From: Candidatus Omnitrophota bacterium
GTDB lineage: Bacteria; Omnitrophota; Gorgyraeia; Duberdicusellales; Duberdicusellaceae
Direction of reading: 5' to 3'
Assembly: GCA_016932855.1 (NCBI GenBank)
Contig: JAFGCB010000024.1
Coordinates: forward strand, 2,813 to 66,812
DNA: 64,000 bases
The stretch's first letter is position 1; every line of letters begins with the position of its first letter. The translations under genes and the position numbers were made by a program. The notes beneath the pieces are model-generated. The model was not told the origin of the DNA. It was given only the letters and a program-made list of their open reading frames with translations, and did no database searches. Below, piece after piece: positions 56,854 through 64,000 of this stretch.

Positions 56854-57609
56854 TTATAAAATACCGGTTTTTTCGAGGATTTCTTTTAGGGATATTAGAA
56901 AGGGGCTGCTTTTGTCTAGATGGGAAAATGATTTGCCTTCAAGGTTTATTTTTTCCAGTTCTTTATCATGAGGTAATTTGCCTATCGCCTCCAGCGAGGT
57001 CTTCTCTTTTATAAGCCTAAGGCTTTCTTCAGGAAAGCGGAAATTCGCAACTAAAAAGGTATTACGACAGTTTATTTTGATATCTTTCAATAATTTTTCT
57101 AATTTAGCCACGCCCTGTAAAGATTTTTGAGAGGGATCTAGCAAGATGAATAGATAATCCACATCATTGGTGATCCGGCGGTTTATGTGCTCGAGGCCGG
57201 CAGGAGAATCAAGGAGAACAAAATTATAATTTTTCTCCAAGCGGCCCAAGGTGCCTTTGAGGATATTATTAGGTTGGCAGTAACAGCCTTCAGACCACTT
57301 GATTCCTAAAGATATAAAATCGAAGAAATCGCCTTCGTATAAGGCGTCATGCTGAAGAAGATAGTCGATTTTTTCGGGAAGACTGAAATTTTTTATATCC
57401 TGCGAAACCGAGCCTTCTTTGATATTAAAAAGCACTTCGGAGATTGTCTTCAAATTATCCTTTATCCCCAGGATGCTTATAAGGCTTTCGTCAGGGTCAG
57501 CGTCCACAATAAGCAAGGGGGACTTGTTGTGTAAAAGAAATGCAGCCCCGCCTAAAAATGAACTTTTTCCGACTCCTCCGCGTCCTACACAAACAATTTT
57601 TTTGCCCAT
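56854..57609 (-). CDS. CooC/MinD/ParA-family P-loop ATPase
   Basis: Deviant Walker A KIVCVGRGGVGKSS. Confidence 0.6.
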   Translation of the reverse strand: MGKKIVCVGRGGVGKSSFLGGAAFLLHNKSPLLIVDADPDESLISILGIKDNLKTISEVLFNIKEGSVSQDIKNFSLPEKIDYLLQHDALYEGDFFDFISLGIKWSEGCYCQPNNILKGTLGRLEKNYNFVLLDSPAGLEHINRRITNDVDYLFILLDPSQKSLQGVAKLEKLLKDIKINCRNTFLVANFRFPEESLRLIKEKTSLEAIGKLPHDKELEKINLEGKSFSHLDKSSPFLISLKEILEKTGIL

Positions 57610-57625
57610 TGGTATTTTTAAAGGT

Positions 57626-58552
57626 TTATGAAGGTGTTAGTATAACATCGCCCGGCCGGCAGTTCAAGTGCTTGGCTACAACCGGACATTTAGCCCGAAA
57701 TAGAAAAAATATATGGTTATGTCCTGACGACAAGGCTTCAAAATTACCTTGTCCCTTGCTAATTATTAAATCCGCCGCTTTCAAAACCTTAACGAAACTT
57801 TTTGAACAGAATTCAAGTATAGCACCCGGAGCGTCACAACCGCTGGATATCACTTTTGCTATTTTGTCGATTCCGCAAAAAAAGGCGTCTTCGATTAAGG
57901 CGTCGTTTATTATCGGTTTCCCCCTCACGGCAAAAACCAAATCTTTGTCCTGCCATTTATTTATTATTTCTTCGATTAAAACCTTGTCAAAAACAATCTC
58001 GCCAGCGTTATCAGCGATATAAAGGATAGTTTTTGCCGCTCGCAAAGCATTTTTGAATTCTTTATAACGAAATGTAGCTTTAGCATGCGGCTTATGGATA
58101 TTAAAATTACCGTTTAGGAAATCGTCAACTTCTTTTTCTACATCAAGGCAATTCTTAACTCCCAAGTCAATGATATTTCCTCGGCAGGCAAGCTCAACAG
58201 CCATCAGCAAAGGATCAGGCGATGTCATCACTTTTTTCTTTAGATGCCTGTATAACTTAAGCGCTAATTTGTTGCTTTTTTTCTTAACGGCTAAATACGG
58301 GTCGGGACATCTAGTCTGTTTTTTAGCGATTTTATAAGCCAGGCGTCCCATATAAGGCGGGCTTTTTTTTAAGCGGTGTTTCGGTATGGCCATAGCCAGC
58401 TTATCCAGAATTCGCTTTTGGACTTTGGGGCTAGCTTTAGCCAGTCTTCCGGCCTCTAAGGCCTGCTTAAAAAAACACGGTATGCAATCTAGATAAGTTT
58501 TCATTGTCAGGTCAGGTTTTGTCCGTCCGTGGCCCGAATAACCCCGTTCCAA
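57626..58552 (-). CDS. DUF89 (ARMT1-like damage-control phosphatase) family protein
   Basis: DNAGE and KGQGNFE signatures. Confidence 0.7.
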   Translation of the reverse strand: MERGYSGHGRTKPDLTMKTYLDCIPCFFKQALEAGRLAKASPKVQKRILDKLAMAIPKHRLKKSPPYMGRLAYKIAKKQTRCPDPYLAVKKKSNKLALKLYRHLKKKVMTSPDPLLMAVELACRGNIIDLGVKNCLDVEKEVDDFLNGNFNIHKPHAKATFRYKEFKNALRAAKTILYIADNAGEIVFDKVLIEEIINKWQDKDLVFAVRGKPIINDALIEDAFFCGIDKIAKVISSGCDAPGAILEFCSKSFVKVLKAADLIISKGQGNFEALSSGHNHIFFLFRAKCPVVAKHLNCRPGDVILTPS

Positions 58553-59174
58553 TCCGTACCATATTCGCGCCTTCTTCTATGGCAATTTTAAAGGAATCGC
58601 TCATGCCCATGGAAAGATACCGCCAGGTTAAATTATCGTGGTGTAATGATTTTGCGCTATCAAAGAGATCTTTAGCTTGCCGAAAGTACGGCCTTAAACC
58701 TTCGGGGTTATCCCGGAAAGGGCCCATGGTCATAAGACCCATAATCTTGATATTTCCAAGCGTTACTATTTTTCGTACGGATTCGTTGACTTCCTCGGGC
58801 ATAAACCCGTATTTTTGAGGCTCTTTAGCTATGTTTATCTCGATCAACGCCGGCATAACTTTATTTATTTTTTTGCATTCAGCGTCTATAACGTTTGCGA
58901 GTTCAAGAGAATCAAGGCTTTGTATCAAGTCAAACATCTCGACAGCCTTTTTAACTTTATTTTTCTGCAAGTGGCCTATAAGATGCCATTCCGCTTTATT
59001 TCCTATTAGATTGATTTTTTCCCCGGCTTCGCTTACGTAGCTTTCCCCGAGAATCTTTACTCCTGCTTCAAGCACTTCGAGAATTTCCTGAACAACTCTT
59101 TTTTTTGTTGCCGCAACAAGAGTTACGTTTTCAGGCAGGCAGGCAATTATTTTTTTTGTATTATTTTTGATCAT
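58512..59174 (-). CDS. yggS: YggS-family PLP homeostasis protein
   Basis: 220 aa alanine-racemase-N-like TIM barrel; MGLMTMGP motif. Confidence 0.8.
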   Translation of the reverse strand: MIKNNTKKIIACLPENVTLVAATKKRVVQEILEVLEAGVKILGESYVSEAGEKINLIGNKAEWHLIGHLQKNKVKKAVEMFDLIQSLDSLELANVIDAECKKINKVMPALIEINIAKEPQKYGFMPEEVNESVRKIVTLGNIKIMGLMTMGPFRDNPEGLRPYFRQAKDLFDSAKSLHHDNLTWRYLSMGMSDSFKIAIEEGANMVRIGTGLFGPRTDKT

Positions 59175-60105
59175 CAGTCCTTTTGACAGCTGCCGTAAAA
59201 AAATTTTTGCGGCTGTAGAATTTCTGCATAATCTTATTTTTTCTAAGAAGGGACTTTATAATTTTATCAAAAGCGGCATCATCTATAGCCAGCGAGTTTA
59301 TCAAGTCTTTTGCCGTTGCAGGGCGCCGTAGAAGATAAGTTAATATCTGCGTTCGGGCTTTAGATGGAGATGTTTGTTGTTTGTTTTTGAAAGGCGAAAT
59401 GACTTCGACCGCGCAGCCCAGGATCTTCTTAATCGTCTTTATTTTTTCAAAAGAAGGAATTTTAACCTGATTTTCCGAAGGCCGCGTTGGTAAATTAAGC
59501 TGTACCTTATCCGGGCGAATTCGCGAGATTATTTTGCGGAATTTAATTGCTTCGGAAACCGAATCGTTACGCCCGGCTACAAGCATTATTTCCAGCCAAA
59601 TTTCACCTTTAAAATTCTTTTTTAAGGCTTTAAGGCCGGAAATTATTTTATCAACGGCAAGGCTTTTATGGGGATTATTTATGTTTTTGAAAACCCTCGG
59701 GCTTACTGCGTCCAAAGACGGAATGATTAAATCAATTTCTTTTATTTCGTTTCTTACGTCTTTTCGATGAAGTAAAGACGAATTGGTAATCAGGCAGACC
59801 GGGTATTTATTTTTTGTTATTTTTTTTACTGCCGAAACTATTTTATCCAGATCTTTATGCAGTGTCGGCTCGCCGCAGCCGGAAAGGGTTATGTAATCGA
59901 TTTTCACCCTTCGCTTGATTATCTGCCTGAGTTCTTTTTTAAGTCTTTGCAAATTGACCGATGAAAATCTGCGAAGGCTTTTCCGGGTCGTTTTTCCCAG
60001 CTGGCAGTAAACACAGTCAAAAGAACATATTTTCCTGGGTATTAAATCAAGCCCCAGAGAAAAACCTAGACGGCGTGAAGGAACCGGCCCGTAAAAATAA
60101 GTCAT
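59161..60105 (-). CDS. radical SAM protein (YGPVPSRRLG family) with C-terminal winged-helix-like region
   Basis: CSFDCVYC CxxxCxxC cluster motif preceded by YGPVPSRRLGFSLGLDL. Confidence 0.7.
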   Translation of the reverse strand: MTYFYGPVPSRRLGFSLGLDLIPRKICSFDCVYCQLGKTTRKSLRRFSSVNLQRLKKELRQIIKRRVKIDYITLSGCGEPTLHKDLDKIVSAVKKITKNKYPVCLITNSSLLHRKDVRNEIKEIDLIIPSLDAVSPRVFKNINNPHKSLAVDKIISGLKALKKNFKGEIWLEIMLVAGRNDSVSEAIKFRKIISRIRPDKVQLNLPTRPSENQVKIPSFEKIKTIKKILGCAVEVISPFKNKQQTSPSKARTQILTYLLRRPATAKDLINSLAIDDAAFDKIIKSLLRKNKIMQKFYSRKNFFTAAVKRTDDQK

Positions 60106-60162
60106 ACTGCTTAAATTTTAATTATATGCAACGCTTTTGTTTCAAACAAAAAATCTTGCATT

Positions 60163-60474
60163 TCAAAGATGGGGCTTAAATTTAGACTCAATTTCTTCTT
60201 TTGTAAGGGTGCCGGAGGCGGTTGTTAGGATTTTACCTTCTTTAAATACCGCTACTGTAGGCATACTCATGATTCCGTAAGCGGAAGCGGTGCGGGGGGA
60301 ATCCTCTATGTTTAATTTGCAGACTTTAAGACGATCTTTGTAATCTTCTGCTATTTTATCGATAATCGGCGAGAGTATTTTGCAAGGCATGCACCAGCTT
60401 GCCCAGAAATCGACCAGAACAGTTTTGTCGGTTTGAAGGACTTCTTTTTTAAAGTTAGCGTCGGTTACAACCAT
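60163..60474 (-). CDS. trxA: thioredoxin
   Basis: WCMPCK active site; 103 aa. Confidence 0.85.
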   Translation of the reverse strand: MVVTDANFKKEVLQTDKTVLVDFWASWCMPCKILSPIIDKIAEDYKDRLKVCKLNIEDSPRTASAYGIMSMPTVAVFKEGKILTTASGTLTKEEIESKFKPHL

Positions 60475-60660
60475 AGCGGTATTTCCTCCTTTCAGTTGTC
60501 TAGTGTCACGTGTTATTGCGATTTAACAAACGCGCCCGGCAGGACTTCCCCGCCTCCTTGATTTTTATTTTCGGCGGGGTCCCGCTGTGCATAGTCAGTC
60601 ATATTAAGGTTGCGGGAGAACCTGCACACCCTTATTTCAAAGATTTACCTAAAACAAGAA

Positions 60661-60734
60661 TGCGCCCGGGGTGACTTGAACACCCAACCCCTTGGTTCGT
60701 AGCCAAGTACTCTATCCAGTTGAGCTACGGGCGC
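60661..60734 (-). tRNA. tRNA-Arg (anticodon ACG)
   Basis: Reverse complement folds as acceptor GCGCCCG/CGGGCGC, D-arm GCTC..GAGT, anticodon stem CTTGG/CCAAG with loop CTACGAA, T-arm GGGTG-TTCAAGT-CACCC. Confidence 0.85.
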
Positions 60735-61069
60735 AATATTTCGTAATGCGTAATGCGTTGTGCGTAACGTGTATCAAATACTTATTTATTTTACTATTAT
60801 ATAAAAAGAACTTTTTTCTACCGTAGTGAAATTGTATAGCCGATTGCGAGCCACCTTAATATTTTGTTTATTAAGGCTAGTCCGCCGAAGCTCTTTTAGA
60901 GCGAAGGCGGAAGCTACGGGCGCTAAATGAAAAATAGCTAATGGCGTATGGCCGATAGTTTTTCGCATTATAAGCCATTAGCTGTTAGCCATTCGCTATT
61001 AAGGAGCGATTTTATCACGCTGCCGACAGGTTCTCAAGGAAAATATCCGATAAAATTAGGTAGGTTAGT

Positions 61070-61549
61070 TTATTGTTTTTGATTCTCGGCAGGATCATCT
61101 GGCCTAGTCTGGTTTAAAGGGGTAATGAATTCTTCAAGCAGGTCAGTTACAAAAAGCTCCTGCTTAAAGCCTGTTTCTTTATCTTCAAGAATGACAGAAT
61201 TGAGGTTGATTTTTTTTATTATGTGGTCGTTTACCGAATCGCCCGCTTCGTAATATTGAGTTCCGATAAGAGCTTTTGGGGTCGCATCGCTAAGAAAGAC
61301 TCCTCGCAAGACAAACTTTATTTTTTTCGGCTGCATCATAAAATCCTCGATTAGTTTATTCATTTCGGGAGTCCGGGAGATTAATTTTTCCGCTTCCGTA
61401 AGCTCGTTCCGTAAACGAGAAAGATTCTTGATTTGGATTTTACTTTGGCCGTGAATATAAAAAAGCGCAATTATAATAACAATAATAGCAATTAAACGAA
61501 AACGAATTGCCGGGTCGATAAAAATGTATTTCAAAAAATTAATTTTCAC
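61070..61549 (-). CDS. bitopic membrane protein, PilO/GspM-like pilus assembly component (tentative)
   Basis: Single N-terminal TM followed by coiled-coil; lies in a pseudopilin cluster. Confidence 0.35.
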   Translation of the reverse strand: MKINFLKYIFIDPAIRFRLIAIIVIIIALFYIHGQSKIQIKNLSRLRNELTEAEKLISRTPEMNKLIEDFMMQPKKIKFVLRGVFLSDATPKALIGTQYYEAGDSVNDHIIKKINLNSVILEDKETGFKQELFVTDLLEEFITPLNQTRPDDPAENQKQ

Positions 61550-62492
61550 GAGTTAGCTTCTCCAGTTTTTCCTTAAGGGCCTTGGCTTGCTGATATTGCT
61601 CAGAGGCCAGGTATTCATAGTTACGGCGGATGGTTTTTTCGGTTTTTAACATATCCGAAACGGAAACCAGAACGATTATAAGACTTGCAGTAATTATGAT
61701 ATTGAGCAGTCCCAGTACGGCTCGACGCAGGCCAAGACTTAAGGCGTGTTTTCTTAGCAGGTTTATTTTGAAGAATTTATCCGCGTTGTAGGCGTGGAAA
61801 TCAGAGTTCATGGGGCGGCTGGTTTCAATCTCGGCATCCAGCTCGGCCTTAAGCCGGTCAATAAGTTCGTCTTTCTCGGATGAATATGGACAAAGGTAGA
61901 TTTTGGTAATTTTTTTGCTTCTGCCTTTTGTGTAACTGTACTTTAGCGAACCCAGTATTTTTTTCCTTGCTTCATCCAGGCTGTCGTAGAGAATTTCGCG
62001 CAGCAATATGCATTTTGAATTGTCGAATACCGCAAGCCTCAGCACTGCCTCGGTTGAAAAATCCAAAAGACAGAAGTTTTCATCAGGAATTTTATTTTTT
62101 TCCAGAAAAGAATTTACAGTCGTGAGGATCGCGGCAGTTGCGCTTACCGGAATAGTTTTCTTTTTGTAGCAAATCGCGGCATATTCGCGTATAAGCTTGG
62201 CTGACGACGCCGCAAAAACACCGTTTATCCTTTTTTCAGAAACACTAAGGATTTGATAATCAATTTCTGTTTGAGAAGGATTAAGAGAAAGCAGTGAAAC
62301 CGCTTCGAGCTTGAGACTTTCTCTAAGCTCGGATAAAGATAATTGAGGAAGGTCGAATTGGCCGGTTACAACCTGAGGATTCGGGATACTAAGGGCGACA
62401 AGAGGCCATTTCTTCTTTTTCGCGAGAGGGGTTAATTTTTCCTCTAATTGTTGAGCTGAGCCGATTTCGAGATTTATTACGTTGTTTTTCAC
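61539..62492 (-). CDS. PilM/PilN (GspL)-like fused pilus assembly protein (tentative)
   Basis: Cytoplasmic domain followed by a TM segment (LGLLNIIITASLIIVLV) and coiled-coil periplasmic tail. Confidence 0.35.
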   Translation of the reverse strand: MKNNVINLEIGSAQQLEEKLTPLAKKKKWPLVALSIPNPQVVTGQFDLPQLSLSELRESLKLEAVSLLSLNPSQTEIDYQILSVSEKRINGVFAASSAKLIREYAAICYKKKTIPVSATAAILTTVNSFLEKNKIPDENFCLLDFSTEAVLRLAVFDNSKCILLREILYDSLDEARKKILGSLKYSYTKGRSKKITKIYLCPYSSEKDELIDRLKAELDAEIETSRPMNSDFHAYNADKFFKINLLRKHALSLGLRRAVLGLLNIIITASLIIVLVSVSDMLKTEKTIRRNYEYLASEQYQQAKALKEKLEKLTREN

Positions 62493-62506
62493 AAGTTCGA
62501 TTAATC

Positions 62507-63382
62507 TTAGAATACTTCCTGCCAGGTTAAGACTTCGTACCGGCCCTGCTCAGGGGTACCGCCGAAGGCTTCGCTTACTGCCCTGGCATCGTATTCTATT
62601 GTGGGGTTCCCGGTAAGTTTTGTATCGACTGTCAGGCCGCATTCAACAAAAACAGAACCATAAATTTCAGGATTTCCAGCACCTACTTGCAGAGTACCTA
62701 AAATATATAGAACACCGGTAAAAATCCCCCCGCTTATCTTGGCATCGCCGTCAACAATAAGTATGCCGTCACCTTTCCAGTGTTCATTTGTGATCTGAAA
62801 GACATTATTATCGGTTAGCGTAACCCAGGTGATGTCCTCGGCAATAAAATCATTAGGGCCGGGATTGACGTATTTGTTTACAGCTAAGTCGTACATTTCT
62901 TCGGGAGTTTTCTTAAAAAGATTATCAAAATTAAAGCTGGCGTATTCCTCATAGCCGCCAGCGATACACTCGCCGTTCTTGCAGTTTCCTTTAAGAGTAA
63001 TGGGTCCGGTTGCCTGAAGGGCTTTGCCTGCAGGAGGACCGGCTACAACTTTTATTTTTCTTTCTATTGAGCCGACAGTGCCTTTGGATTCAATGGTCCA
63101 GCGATAGACTAGCCCAGTATCAGGGTCAGGCGGAAAAGGGATTATCTCGGTCGAGTATCCTCCTTCTCCCAAAGAGCGGTTGAGAGTGTCGGTAGCAGGC
63201 AAATGATCGATCGCCTCTTCTATTCCGGCCTCAGCCAACCAAAAGGATTTTATGGAAGAAACCTTTTTATTGTAAGCAATACGGTGTAAGCCGGAGAAAT
63301 TTATACTGGCAAAGCCCAGGATAGTAAAGGCTAAAATTAAAGATAAAGTGATAGCCAATATTGAGGAACGTCTTTTTTTCAT
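62507..63382 (-). CDS. secreted PilX/GspK-like pseudopilin-associated protein (tentative)
   Basis: N-terminal hydrophobic segment then WLAEAGIEEA, as in PilX/GspK N-termini. Confidence 0.35.
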   Translation of the reverse strand: MKKRRSSILAITLSLILAFTILGFASINFSGLHRIAYNKKVSSIKSFWLAEAGIEEAIDHLPATDTLNRSLGEGGYSTEIIPFPPDPDTGLVYRWTIESKGTVGSIERKIKVVAGPPAGKALQATGPITLKGNCKNGECIAGGYEEYASFNFDNLFKKTPEEMYDLAVNKYVNPGPNDFIAEDITWVTLTDNNVFQITNEHWKGDGILIVDGDAKISGGIFTGVLYILGTLQVGAGNPEIYGSVFVECGLTVDTKLTGNPTIEYDARAVSEAFGGTPEQGRYEVLTWQEVF

Positions 63383-63855
63383 CAGTTTCGTTTAAGAACT
63401 TTTGTTGAAAAGTCAAAAGGATTTAGGTTTTGCTTTCCTACCAGACGAATCGAGAACAGATTGCCGTTTTTCGCAGGATAAAAATTAACTAGTCCCGATT
63501 GAAAAATTGTTTTCCGGATTGAAGTGTCGCTTCGGTCGGGAAGGTAAACAAAGGAAGCCATTTGATCCTGTGTAGAATTGTATACAGCAAAAGCGCTGTT
63601 GTCAATTATAAGGATATCGCTTGTCCAGGGAGGATTAGGCCAGGTGTTTTCGACCCAGGCTGAGTTAGCCGCTCTTAAGCGGTTTGCCGCAAGTTCAAAT
63701 CCGTAAAAAACATCATTATGTACCTGGGCTTGGTTGTGTATTGTCATATGGGATTTGTGACTCGCCAGAGAAATCGCTCCGATCATAAGAATTAGAATCC
63801 CGCCGATAATTAAACTGATAAGTAACTCGATTATGGTGAATCCTCTTTTTCGCAT
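63382..63855 (-). CDS. prepilin-type N-terminal cleavage/methylation domain protein (type IV pilin-like/pseudopilin)
   Basis: KRGFTIIELLISLIIGGIL class III signal peptide. Confidence 0.75.
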   Translation of the reverse strand: MRKRGFTIIELLISLIIGGILILMIGAISLASHKSHMTIHNQAQVHNDVFYGFELAANRLRAANSAWVENTWPNPPWTSDILIIDNSAFAVYNSTQDQMASFVYLPDRSDTSIRKTIFQSGLVNFYPAKNGNLFSIRLVGKQNLNPFDFSTKVLKRN

Positions 63856-64000
63856 TATCTTTTGATGAGAGTATCCAAAGCAAACTGTTCGGGATTGCCT
63901 GAAGCAGGATCGGTCCAGTCGATTGTAATTTGAACATTTTTAGCGTTTGTACCGGATAGAGACCGTACATAAATTTTCTGCCAGGCTGTTAAATCTCCCA
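63856..64000 (-). CDS. C-terminal fragment of an upstream pseudopilin-like gene (5' end outside window)
   Basis: Open frame ...AWQKIYVRSLSGTNAKNVQITIDWTDPASGNPEQFALDTLIKR* ends at 63856, directly abutting the next start codon. Confidence 0.4.

Noticed and set aside
60786-60968. 60-aa ORF in the tRNA-Arg/pilus spacer
   Set aside because: No RBS or motif support; the region looks like repeat-rich non-coding DNA (GCTAAT/CGCTAT units).
63716-63970. 84-aa minus-strand ORF overlapping the prepilin gene start
   Set aside because: Wrong frame relative to the well-supported prepilin gene and the upstream pseudopilin fragment that ends at 63856.

Overview
The window is a 64 kb piece of a low-GC bacterial chromosome with 2 tRNAs and about 70 CDS, almost all on the minus strand. 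The backbone is housekeeping and reads as Firmicutes-like gene order: mcsA-mcsB-clpC ... radA-yacL-ispD ... ispF ... cysS-tmk-holB-ricT-metG-tatD, plus smpB, pyrE, alr, tsaBE, thiL, mtnA, lysS, trxA and ilvE. It also carries diderm envelope machinery (lptFG, lolCDE, mlaFED) and a pseudopilin/type IV pilus-like cluster at the 3' end. The most interesting part is a ~20 kb accessory block (about 21.9-41.9 kb) inserted between ispD and ispF, which are normally adjacent. This block holds a tightly packed FAS/type II-PKS-like lipid operon: fabG, ACP, fabZ-like dehydratase, an embedded CheY-like response regulator, a catalytically dead KS partner, an active KS, a thioester-reductase-type acyl reductase, a nitroreductase, a CrtI-like FAD oxidoreductase and a HisKA_7TM histidine kinase. 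A PilZ-methyltransferase fusion sits at the head of this operon. Further in the same block are a B12-binding radical SAM enzyme, a fusion of an SRPBCC lipid-binding domain to a cyanobacterial-type acyl-ACP reductase (AAR) homolog, a PlsC-type acyltransferase and a small excisionase-family HTH protein. There are also three paralogous HisKA_7TM sensor kinases, two paralogous orphan response regulators and two GxxExxY (PD-(D/E)XK) paralogs. Together this looks like a regulated pathway for unusual membrane lipids or fatty aldehydes/alcohols that I cannot match to a described system. Intergenic DNA carries a recurrent ACGCTA-based motif family (conserved 18-mer and 16-mer variants plus a tandem heptamer array), a perfect 20-bp inverted repeat, iteron-like direct repeats and a candidate sRNA with a consensus sigma70 promoter and intrinsic terminator. 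No CRISPR array, transposase or integrase was seen.
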